A DNA stretch of 64,000 bases from contig JAYWIR010000028.1 in NCBI GenBank assembly GCA_036172245.1, positions 2,666,001-2,730,000 of the forward strand, written 5' to 3'. Shown one piece after another: positions 29,039 to 41,230 of the stretch. Every line of letters starts with the position of its first letter. The first letter of the stretch is position 1. The notes beneath the pieces are model-generated. The model made no database searches and was not told the DNA's origin. It worked only from the letters and a program-made list of their open reading frames with translations. Both the position numbers and the translations under genes were made by a program. The DNA is from Raillietiella orientalis (taxonomy: Eukaryota).

Positions 29039-30690
29039 ATGGCGTACAGCACGAAAAAGCTTAAAAAATATATAGAAAACAATGACTTTAGAAAATTTCA
29101 AAACTATAGCATTCGTTATGCACGGAAAATTCATCACTTTGTTTCAAGAAGGAAATGTTATAATGCTTTACATTTTGCGGTGATTAAGTGCAGAACTAAA
29201 ATTGTGCGTTTCATTGTAAAGCATTTTAAATTGAAAAAATTGAATACTCCCGATTATGAAGGGAACCGACCATTACATCTAGCATTAAAACGTGCAATTA
29301 CTTCTACCAGATGGAATTCCCGTGAGTTATTTAATTAAATTTGTCTCTTACAGAGGTATTTATAGGATATAAGAAAATCATATATCTATTGGTTGTTGCA
29401 CAACCTAATATATTATCCATAAAAAACTTTGCAAATGAGACACCAGAAGAGCTGTTAAGGATTTATCTGAAACAATGTCAATCTCGTGTCCTTCGGAAAG
29501 ATAATGCTGTATGTAATGAAACTCGAGAAGATGAGCAATTTAACTCTGAACAAATATGGAGAAACAAGCTGCTGGATGAGCTCTCATTTGAGAGTGATAT
29601 TTGTTCATTCTATGAAGGTAAAGGAGGTTTTAGCAAATTATGACTCATGAACCATTGTAACATACACTCAAGCAGTAGAAAACAAATGCTCTTTGACAAA
29701 CCCAACATTCTGCACTATGGAATTTGAACTATAGTGATTTTGAAGTGTGTAGAATCTTAAAATCCAACCCAGTCTTGTATTTTTTAGAGATTTGTGCCAA
29801 TAGTTTAAAAAGCATTGCTAATTGATTATGTCCTGAAAATATTATTTCATAAACACTTAAAATCCATGTTAATACTAAATTTTTCTTTCCAAGAGTAAAA
29901 ATATCATGAAACATTTGTGGTCATTTATCGTTTTTAATTATTTCAACCACAGCAAAAACAAGCCTGAATGATCAATTTTTGATTTGAACAATCGTTATTG
30001 TAACATTTATGAAGTATTGCATGCCAAATGTATAACAAAAAATCAGTTTCCAAAAGGAATTTAAACATGCATCTTGAAAGATTCATATTAAAAACAAGAT
30101 ATGAAATCTTAAAAGATTTCGTATCTTGTTTTTATTTAACAATTGTTTTTCAATTTTTTCTCATTATTCAGTATATTTTGGAATTTGTTATTTTAGGTTA
30201 TGATTATGACCAGTATGAATATGAATCTTATGATGCCTGGGCAAACAGAATATATCAACAGTATAAAACAAAACATTCCCAGGGATCATTTTTTGCTAAT
30301 AAAGTTCCTGAGGCACATCCAGAAGAATCAGTAACAATTAAAACATCATTCAAATATCGAAATACTGAGCCAAATTGGTTGAGTCGATATGAAAAACAGT
30401 GTGACAATCTATGTGAAAAATTATGTCACAATGTTGCTATTTCTTTGCATGATATTCCATTTAGTAACAAAAATGAAGAAGAAATCATGAAAAATCTAGT
30501 TTGTGATCTGGAAAAGTTTGAAAATAGAACAGTTTATGTCAGAGAACAAATTCGTTTGTGGCATCCTGATAAGTTTTTGCAAAAATTCAGCTCAGAATTG
30601 AACTGTTGCAAGAATCGAGAGAAAATTGTTGAATCAGCTGTTAAGTTGTTTAGAATATTCCAAACAATTTGGAAGCAAATTGGGAAATAA
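29039..30690 (+). CDS. NFKBIL1: NF-kappa-B inhibitor-like protein 1 (ankyrin repeats plus WHPDKF domain), 3 coding exons
   Basis: Ankyrin motifs NALHFAV, GNRPLHLA and NETPEEL; WRNKLLDE; ESYDAWANRIYQQY; C-terminal QIRLWHPDKFLQKF typical of NFKBIL1. Exons approx. 29039-29321, 29366 (or 29354)-29617 and 30197-30690. Confidence 0.85.
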
Positions 30691-30807
30691 TAAGAATACT
30701 GTAATTCATGCTATAAAACCTTTGTTTTTTTTTAGGTGATTTTTAGGAACCTTGTATTTTTATGGAAATGATGATAATTACTTAGGTATTATAATGTCTT
30801 GAGCACA

Positions 30808-33800
30808 ATGCATGCTGTTGCTAATTGGATTGATAAAGTGCATGATGGCAATAAGGTTGAGCAGTGGTGAGTTTAATAATTCTACGATTTATTTATTTTC
30901 TCGTTTTAATTAATTCATTGTTTGATTTAAATCGAGAGCTTTCAAGCATAGGCCGGTTTTAATGTCTGCCAATTTGTGAGGTGGTCATTTTGTATTGCAT
31001 GCTTCAATCTACTTTGAATTTTTTATTTTAGCTGTGTTAGAATGCCTTGCATATGCAAAGTTACCACTGATGTTTAAAAAATACTCCATAATCAACAAGT
31101 TACATTCATTATATTTATGTCGTGCTCCTTTTTCATCGCTTTCCATCATGTTCAAATTAGCTTTATGTTATCATTTAGTAAAACTTTCTTTAAATTTAGC
31201 AATTTTAGAAAAAAAAAGTTTGTTGTTAGTTATATTAAGTTTGCTGTTTAGCATTTTTTTTGCTTCTGTTTATTTTAAGATTTGTAGTTTTCTGATTTTT
31301 TGCTGTGGAAGTTAAGATTGATAATTCATATGCGAATTGCTAGATTAACAACAGCAAACTAAAACTGGTTTGGAAGGTTATTAGTGCTTTATCCTATTAC
31401 CATTTTCTATTTCAGATTGAAAAATGTTGATTAGCATATTCTTTCTTATTTGTTTGCTTTTACATTTCATTCTTTCATTTGTTTTTTACTATGAAACAAC
31501 AATGCATCATATAGCTTCATAAACTTAAAGAGCTGAGTCTTCCCACTTGCAAAGCAGCTGCTTTTGTGATTTTACTTCCATCACAAAGGTGGACTTTTTG
31601 ATTACTATATAACCTAAAGGTATAGCTATTTCCCACAGCTCATTGTGGAAATACTACAACCACTTAAAAATGTTGCTACCATGTATAGATGTAGTTTACA
31701 CACATTTATCTAGATTATTGGGTTGCATGGTTTGGAGATATTATAAGATTTTAATTTTAAGTTAATGTTGGTTTTCTAAAGTTTATGAGTGGAACATAGT
31801 AATGGCTTATGTGAAATAGTGGTAATTAGAATAAGGTAGAGATTTTGAGTTTATCTAGATTATATCATGTGTGTATCATGCATCTTCATATATATTTGTG
31901 TATATCATGCATGTTTATGATCAACATATATAGCAACTTTTGCAGTCCAGTATTTTGCATGAAATGCCGAGCCAAACAGTTTTTTAATGCCAACCAGAAG
32001 TACCAGCATGTTTTGCACTGAAATGATCAAGCACTTTCACACAACAAAATTTTGTTAGGTGTTCATGTTGTCAGTTAGTATTGCTTTTTAAATATACTGT
32101 TGCTTTTATAAAAGTGTACTATTTGGATGAATCATTGTTGTCAGTCATTAAAGGAATGGTAAAATAGGTGTGAAAGTATGCACCATAAGACTTGCAAAAA
32201 TATGGAAGACTTCCGGTTTTACAGTTTATATGTAATGTTTTGAAAATAGTATGGTTAAAATATAACAGCTTTATGCAAAAAGTTGTATAGTATTTCATGA
32301 TCTGGAAAAGCATTAGATATCTTATTTGGTGAAATGGGAAAAGTGTAAATATTTTAGCGAAGCTTCTGAATGCGTTTATAATGTTTTTACAACTTGTTAC
32401 ATTTTCATTGCAGAGAAACTAAATTTTGTATAATAATTCACGCAGTGCACCACAGACATAGAGTTATATGATGCACTATGGTACCATGGTACCATGAATC
32501 ACAGTGTATTGCTGATTAAATAATAAACCCATAGGGTAAGACTTGATTTGTGGTATGGAAAATCGACATCGCAATTATCTTGCAACAGAATTATCTTCTG
32601 TAGCTTAAGGGAAATGAAAATTATGAGAGCGCTCATTCTTAAGTGTTATGACAGATCCATTATTAGTGATTATTTGTGCTGGACAAAACACCAGCAAGTC
32701 ACGGTGGGAGAGCCACAATTGCTTCTGCATGATAGCTTTTTTTGAGAAGCCTATGGAAATTGCAATGTGAACAAGTTGAAAGTTGATGTTTTCAGTACTG
32801 ACTATACAGGATTGAGAATGATTATACTTTCAAGTTAGTGATCAATGGAGCTGCAACTTCAGTTATTTCGTATCACAAGTAGAATGTCTCGATTGCATGG
32901 GTGACCATATGAATCTGTGTTGAGTTAGTTACCTTCTACCAATTCAGCTTATAGGCAGTTACAGTTTGTAAGGCATCAACAAATGTGTCGTCATTTATGG
33001 TGCTTAGGGTGTTGTTTAAAAACATGAACATATGTGGGCATGTTTAATTACTCTTTTTTTATTAATTGGACTGGTGTGAAAATGTGGTATATGAGTCAAA
33101 GATGAAACATAATTCTATGATCAGTGGGAGTCAGTAAACATTGATTTGTTAAATTACTAAATGGCTGTTGTATTTAAAAACCGATAATGCAGTGTTTTGT
33201 TTCTATGGATATATGTGTTCATTTTAAATCAGTGTAATCATTTAAATGTTGTTTATAATATCTAAACACTTACTGGAGCCATGAATGAAAGTATTAATTG
33301 TAAGTATAATTAAAGTATCGTTTTAGGTTTATGTTGGTTCCTGTGTGCTCTTTTTTTCCTGGTAACAGCACTTGATTTCTTGACTTGAACATTTGTAGTT
33401 ATCATTTTATATTAGTCACAAAAGCTAAAATAATAATATCTGTTTTTCGTTCTCAGTGAAGTTCATAGTATCATTTTTATTTTACTCTTTTTTTCTTGTA
33501 AGGACTGAAATGCTTTTTCTGCATACATCCCGTTTTTTCGTAGTGATTTTATTTATTCATTGCTAATATGAGTTTTTGGCACACTTTGTTTTCCATTAAA
33601 CTGTTGCTTTCTGGTACATGGTGAAAAATTTCTTACTGATACTTATATGATAATAAATTCTCAGCATATAAAATCATATTAAAAAAATTAAAAACAAATA
33701 GTGGAAATTCATAAGTCACCTTTGCCATCAGTTTTGTTAGTTACTAAACTTGTCTGCTATTTTGAAAGCAATTGCAAACTCATTATCGGAAAGTTCATTA

Positions 33801-36800
33801 ATTTGTTTTTTTAATTGTTTTTAGTTTTTTTTGTGGTTGTATCATGTGCAGTATGCAAAATAGTTCTGTGGTATTTCAAGGTTAAAATTAAGTTGTACTG
33901 CTCGATTTAATTTCAGTTTATTTGTTCATTTTTATGTACTTAAATAAAATTCTCTTTATATATCAGCATATAAACTTTGATCATGATGATTATAAGGCAA
34001 ATGCTTTCCAATATCCTCATTGTATTGTCTGATTGCAGCATCTATTGTATGTGCTTCAAAATGGATGGAACTCAATTGTTGGTGGGTGCTGGTTCCAAGG
34101 TTTTAGTTTATGAAGCAATAGATGGAACATTAATACAACCTTTAAAAGGCCATAAAGGATTTGTGTTGGCGATTTCGTATTCTCATGATGGGAACAAGTT
34201 TGCTTCAGGAGGTTCAGACAAAAGTGTTATTATCTGGTCATCCAAATTGGAAGGCATTTTGAAATACATGTGAGAACTTCTGCATCTTTTGAGGGTATGA
34301 TCACCACTTTTTAGGCATAGTGACTCAATACGTTGTTTACACTTTAATCCTGTTTCCAATGAGCTTGCAAGTTGTTGCTTTAATGACTTTGGTTTGTGGT
34401 CACATGAAGAAAAATCTGTACAGAAATACAAGTGTGCTTCTCAGATTTATTCTTGTTGCTGGACAAATGATGGTCAATTTCTAATACTGGGACTTGGTAA
34501 TGGAGTTATTTCAGTCCGAAAAAAGGTTTGTAACTTATTTGGGTATTTTTATGGAAATTTCTAAGGATGGGGAAGAAAAACTCAAGATTGAGAGACCAGG
34601 AGGCAATGCTTCACCAATTATTGGTGTAATCTGTAATCCTAATAGGTATGTATCCAAAAATTTTCATTGTTTTCAGTCTGTGCTTTTAAGTGTTGATTCG
34701 TATCCTCTTTTGAATGCTGTGGATTTGGATCAAAGATTGTATTTCTATTTATTAAATGGGAAACAGGTTGGTTGATCCTGCTGAGATTTGATTTCCAATT
34801 GCATTGTAGATAGGGCGAGCTAAGCATCTTGGATTTCATCCTTGTTTTTTTAATATATTTCCTAATGGGGAATATCTTCTGATCGGTGGTTCCAACAAGG
34901 CTTGTTGTTTGCTTTCTAAAGAAGGCATTTGGCTTATGCAGTTTCTGGAACATTCAAGCTGGATTATCTCAGCAGCAGTGCATCCCAGTAATAATAGCAT
35001 AGTAAGTAGCTTTGTAAAAATAGGAATATAAGGTTGAGTTTTTTGTGGGAATTTCGGATGTCAAATTTTAAAATCAGGCAACATGTGATGTTTCATTTAC
35101 AAATGCACTGTTTCTTGTATTTGGTTATCTGATATTAATTTTGTTGAAAAAAAAATCGAATTCTAGTGTACATCATTCTCTTTTTTAGGCCATAGGTACT
35201 CAAGATGGAACTGTTGCATACTATCAGTTAATATTCGATACCGTCCATAGTCTTTTCAAGGAACAGTATGCTTACAGGTGCGAAGATTATTTCTTGCTAT
35301 ATTTCTGTTTCCTGTTCTTTTATCAGAGAGGGAATGACTAATGTTATTGTTCAGCACTTAATTCATGATAAAAAGATCAACATTAAGTGCCGTGATCTAG
35401 TTAAAAAAGTAGCAATCTACAAAGAACAGTTGGCTGTGCAATTACCTAGACAAATAGTAGTGTATGATCTGGATTGGAGCCAGCAAGAAGGCATTCTTTA
35501 TCGTGTCCGTGAGCGGATCCCTATGCAGTTTACCTGTAGTTTATTAGTAGTGTGTTCAAGAAATATAGTGCTGTGTGAGGTTGACTATCATTATGAGAAA
35601 TTAGATGTTTATGTATGCCTTTAAGGCAAGTAAGCTTCAATCACTCAGCTTCCAAGGATTCAAGTGCATGGAATGGTTTCTTCCTTCTCCTATTCGTTAC
35701 ATAAAAGTATTAGGTGGCTTACCTGAGCAAGAGAGCTTACTTTTAGGACTCAAAGATGGACAGGTAGGAATCGATTGTATTACTAGTAGATCTGATACAA
35801 TTAATAAAAAGATTTTGAAAATCTTTTTGGATAATCCCTTTCCATTAAGGCTAATACAAGCACCATCTGCAGTGTGTTTTTTGGATTTGAGCCCCTTGCA
35901 ACAGAAATTAGCTGTAGTGGATGAAAGTAGCACATGTTTTGTGTACAATCTAGCAGATGGTCAACTTATGTTTCAAGAAGTACATGCTAATAGTGTGGCA
36001 TGGAATCTTCAACATGATGATTTACTCAGTTATTCAGGCAATGGTTTTCTATGTATTAAAGCAGCTAATTTCCCACCTCAGCAGCAAAAGCTCGAGGTAT
36101 GGAACTCCCAGAAAACATCAAGTCATCTCTGTGTAGGGATTTGTGGTTGTGTTTTCAGGGTCACAGTTGTTTTGTCTTCAAGGAAATGATATGGTCACTG
36201 TAGAAGTTCTCTTATCTGCTTTCATGATGCAGTATTTGGATCACAGCATGTTTATGTAAGTAATTATTTAATTGGCAGTATCATCAGGAATTTTGCAGGC
36301 AAGCATTTGAGATTGCTTGTTTAGGAGTTACTGATGCTGACTGGCAACAGTTGGGTATGCAAGCCTTAAAAGTAATGAATCTAGAAATCAGTCACAAAGC
36401 ATTCAGTCGTATTTGTTCATTACCTTTTTTAGATTTGCTCGACGAGGTGCAGGTAAATTTATGATTCCTCATATCAGTAAAAATGCTAACCAGATTTAGG
36501 CTAAGAAGGGACACAGCGAGAAAATAGATAAAGATCTTGTGCAAGCAGAAGTACATGCTTATCTGGGAGAATTCGAAAGTGCTGCACTTCTATATCAGCA
36601 GTGTGGTCATGAGCAGAAAGCTGTGGATATGTATTCAGATTTGCATATGTTTCACCAAGTGCAGGTTTGTAGTGATACAAGTTTTTTTCCATGTTTTTTT
36701 TGTCAGAGATTATCACAGTCAAAAGATACGAACAATGAATGTAAATTGTTGAAACAAAGAGCACAATGGGCTCTGAATATTAGTGAACCTCGATCAGCTG

Positions 36801-38616
36801 CAATGTTGTACATGAATGCAAAAGATTGGAAGCCAGCCATAGAGCTAGCGATCGCTAATGATTGGATTGAACTGTAGGACATGTGTTATTTTAGATCACA
36901 AATATCTTTGCTAGTTTGCTGGACATAACTCATAAGTTGAATTTTGAAAATGATTCTGAAAAGCAGTTATTGAGGAATTGTGCTGACTATTTGCACCAGA
37001 AACATCATGTGCAATCTGCTGTTGACATATATAAGAAACTACATGATAGCAGAAGGTAGGTTGACAGCGCGAGTGGAAGATTTAAGTATTTCATCAGTGA
37101 AGTCTCTGTCTACATCATGCATAAGCAGTGGGATAAAGCTCTTCAGTTAGCAAAAGAACATTCAGAAATCCAACCAGAAGTGCATCTTCATTATGCAAGA
37201 TGGTTGACAGAATCAGATATGTTTATGGAAGCACAAGAAGGTGTGACATGAGAATAATCACATCACTAGAAATATGAAAATGCTCTTCCATAGTATTTCA
37301 TGCTGCAGGGTATCCTCAAGAAGCAAATCATGTTCTGAAACAACTGATAAAAAATGCTGTGAATGAAGGACGCTTTTCAGATGCAGCCTATTATTATTGG
37401 GTTCTTTCTCAACAAGTGTTGCAGGAATCTGTTAACAGGTTTCTGTGCAAAAAGACTAGCTTTTTCATTATATGCAGTAGACAGAACAGCCATGAGGGAG
37501 TCAGCAAATTTAAAGAGTACCAGAAAAGAGCAGAATTTTTCTACGCCTATCATTCCATTCATCAGTTTGTGGTATGTAATATAAGATATGAACTAAGATG
37601 TCATATCAGCAAAGATGGAACCTTTTACTACTTTCTTACCTGAAGCTTTGTTTAACATGGCACGGTACTTGTACAGTGAGTTGCAGAAGACTGAATTGCA
37701 AGAAATCTCTGAATTGTATCCTTTTGCTTCAGTTTTTGGACATTTTTATTCTGAATTCCATGTAGCGCAATCTTGTATTCTCTTGCCAAACAAAGCATCC
37801 GATTAGGTGCTTTCAAGCTAGCTCGGAAATGCTTGCAAAAACTGCAAAATCTTCTGATTCCATCACGTTATCAGGTATTTGTTATGGAACTATCGTTCTA
37901 TTTCGTATCTCAGGATGCAGTTGATTTGGATTCAGTTTTGATCCAGGGGAAGCCTTTGCTTGACAATCAACAATTATATCCATTTTGTTATCAATGTACC
38001 AATACCAATCCAATTCTCCATGTTACAGGGAATTCATGTTCACATTGCAAGCAGCATTTTGTGTATTCTTTCATTGCTTTTGGTTAGACATATTCCATAT
38101 GCTTGCAGCATGAACCATTTGGATGTTTTAGAAATATTGCCACTAGTAGAATTCTGTGTTGACCAAACTCTCACTGATGAAGAAGCCATACATTTCATAC
38201 AGATGCAACCGGATTCCATAAATGAACAAGAGCCACAATTTGAGTCTTTGAGTATGTTCCAAAAGAACTGTAATCAGACTGCACATAATGAAGAGGTAGG
38301 TTTTCTGATTATCTTGCTAATAATGCAGTGCATATAGTGTTGTAAGAAGAATTTACTCATCATGAATAGAGAAATGCTCATTTCTCTTGATCCTTCTGTT
38401 GTCTTCATTAGTAAATGGCAGTTTCCTTTACATTATAAGTACTATAGAAATACAATGCCTGAAATGGCAATCAGCCAGTGCCTAAGTTGTTTTAAGGTAG
38501 TCATGCAGATCTGAATGGCTAATTTTTTTGTTTTTTAGTTTTTTTTAGCAGAAGATTATGAACTTCAACTTCTTCAAAAAGGATGTTGTCCCTTTTGTCG
38601 CTCTTCAAAATTCTAA
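30808..38616 (+). CDS. IFT122: Intraflagellar transport protein 122 (IFT-A core), 24 coding exons
   Basis: Exon 1 (30808-30866) [12 protein letters not shown]...VEQ splices in frame to [19 protein letters not shown] at 34039. Conserved blocks: [38 protein letters not shown]...[44 protein letters not shown], and terminal [17 protein letters not shown]. Stop at 38614-38616. Confidence 0.95.
37716..37765 (+). other. U12-type (minor spliceosome)-like GT-AG intron in IFT122, 50 nt
   Basis: The donor GTATCCTTTT matches the U12 5' consensus. Removing the intron joins [15 protein letters not shown] in frame. The candidate branch site TTCTGAAT about 10 nt before TAG is degenerate. Confidence 0.7.
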
Positions 38617-39859
38617 AGAAGTTATTTGAAGGAAGTCTCTTCTATTGCATTGTCATTGCAATCATGGCAGCAAATAATTGGTTGCCCACAGCATTGAAAT
38701 GGGTTTCCCATTATGACTGTTAGTGAATGGACACGTATTTATAACTAATAAAATTAGATTGTAACCAAGATTTATATATATAATAAAAAGAAAGCCAATT
38801 TACCCTGATGGTGGTTGTAAAGTCAGTATATTATGTTGCACTGGATGTGCTAATCTTTGAGGTATGTATTTTAGAAGTATTCAAAAATAAATTCATGCAC
38901 ACATTATGTTTTGAAGTTGCATAAAAGAATTTATCGTTACTTTTTCTGCCACTTTAAGTTCCGTAATGATTTATCTTCAAGTCTAATTACCATGTATAAC
39001 TTGACATCACTCTGGGTTTTGGCATGAAAGAAAAACGATTCCAAACAATTTATTGATTATTATTGTGACAGCCACCAAGATTAGCTATACGCACTTAGAA
39101 CGATAGCAGCATTTTCATTTTCTAAAGCATTGTGTAATCGAAAACGAGGTGATAGCCTTTGAGAGTATTATAAGCAAATGGTTTCAATCAATTCGATAGA
39201 TTTTCTAAGTTTTGAAGGTGATCAATCGTTTTGCGTTCTTAAGAGCAAGAAAAACTCGAGTCCCAGAAAATGATTGCAATGAATAAAAAACTACAAAGAA
39301 CAAAATAAAACTGTTTAATGTGTACGTACTTAACTGGAAAAAATAAATTCGTGCATGTACTTTTATAGGGATTATTTAGAAATGCATATATACTACAAAA
39401 ATGGGTCCCGCTCTGAAGCCGTTTCTTCAAGGAAATCACACTTCGAAAAATGGGAAATCCGTAGACAAAGAAATTACAGGCAAACGAAATCATATTACCC
39501 TTTGTACGAAAACAAAAGAAATGTATGCACATGTAATCAAAAAAAAAAAAATAGAGGTTACAAAGTTCAACATTTTAAAGGTAATCGTCCTCACGCTTGC
39601 TTCGTAAATTTGTTTTTGCGAAGTTCAAAACTCCGTGAGGTGAGGAAATTCAGAAATTTTCGACAACACATACTTCTTTTGGCAGACATTTGGGTTCGCT
39701 TGCCTGGCAGTGTTGCACGCAACTCCACGCTTTCTCAGGAAGGTGATCTTCAAGCTGCCAACGTTCAGAATGGCCTTCCCATTCTTACCTTGCATTTAGG
39801 AAATACCTTACTGAGATTATTTTTGTTAACAGCGTTAAGTAAGCATAGCTTAAGACGTA

Positions 39860-40560
39860 CTGATAAACTGAAATGAAAGCTGATACAAAATACAAGTAGC
39901 TGACAAACCCTGCAAATGCATCGGATGCATCCGCGTAAACAATTTTGCCTCGCAAGAACTATCATTGCACTTCGTGGAACAGTTGTATCCCGAAAAGTTT
40001 CTAGAAATGGGTGCAAAAACTTGATTTAACTGCATTTCTTTAAAGACAGCTTCTGAACGCAGAAACAGTTCAAAGATTGTTATTACGCGGCAATGATGTG
40101 TTCTCTGGACACGATGGGTTTTCATGCTTTTAGCAGGGTCCATTTTGTTCTCCACACTCCGGGGCAAGTCCACGAGTAGAGGTTTTTCTGCATGGAAGAA
40201 AAAAAGCTTGCAGCTTCCTGCGTGGAACCCAGAAGTTATGCCAGGAATTTCTGCATACCCTAGATCAATTTTGTGCATTCCTCAATCACAATGTGGATGG
40301 AAGGGTTTAAACGAGTCTATCAGAACAGCTGATCAAAACAACAGTGTTTTCAAGAGGATGCACAGACGACACCAAATCAATTTGCACTCCTCATAGCAGT
40401 AATGATATAAAATGTAGTTGAAACTTAACAGATGGTCAGTCTTCGCATTCGTATATCCAAAAAGATTGTGTTGGTTAAAAGATGAATGGACTTATAAGCA
40501 GAGTAGCAATTATTGGCAGCGTTACAAACAAACGCAAAATGCTATCAATCGTGTTTGAAA
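39860..40560 (+). mobile_element. Highly degenerate Academ-like (XPG-domain) DNA transposon remnant
   Basis: Frameshifted motif series in the expected order and spacing: (E)KADTK (~39875, HEEADT-like), LEMG (~40001), GFHAFS..F/STLRGKS...FSAWKK...PEV (~40117-40240, FHAFxGCD...GK..AW-like) and AALQTNAKCYQ (~40516). Confidence 0.4.
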
Positions 40561-41079
40561 AGTGAGGAAACAAAACTAGTAGGAAAAATTGGTTTTCACC
40601 GTGATAAAACTTTTGCAAACAGATACGTTGATTGTTCGGCATATAAAATTTTGGATAGCACAAAGAAAAACTACAGAAAATCTATCTCAAGCTATTTCAT
40701 GTGGATTTCTAATTCATGTCAAGCATTTAAAATGTCTATGACGGAAATATGAAACATGAATGATCGAGACAAGTATTTTCTGACATTAAAACAAAACTCA
40801 CTCTCAAGGTGAGGTTATGATTTTGAATCTATATTTCAAAATATGAAAAAACGTCAGCATTCCATGCAATTTGATCAGAAAGTCTTAATTATTTAAGTGA
40901 CAATGGCCTTAGGGCACGATTTCTTCTCAAACCCCAAATGATTCGCATTAATGGTTTGCAATTAGTTTCACTTCACAGAGTTCTATGACCGCGTTTTCGG
41001 TTAATTGGTCGATTCTTATGCTCAGAAAGACACAATAAGTATTTAAATGCTTATAACCTTGTTCATGTATTCCTCACCT

Positions 41080-41230
41080 GACAGAAGGATTTTATACTGC
41101 TCCTTACTTGGATGATGGTCTTACTTTTAGTGGGTCTGTTGGTAGTTCTCAGTACCTGAATTTAGATGAAAGCTTTAATATTTGCAATGAATCAGAAACA
41201 AAATTTTCCGAGAAGCGTCCGTTATGGTAC
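41080..41230 (+). mobile_element. Possible reverse-transcriptase fragment (YLDDG; DIRS/Ngaro-like)
   Basis: Translation EGFYTAPYLDDGLTFSGS...KFSEKRPLW resembles G....YLDDGL....N.EKS.W of tyrosine-recombinase retrotransposon RTs. It is very short and has no supporting flanks. Confidence 0.3.

Noticed and set aside
29322..29353. Possible 32-nt intron in NFKBIL1
   Set aside because: An in-frame alternative acceptor at 29365 gives 44 nt, which fits the prevailing size class better.
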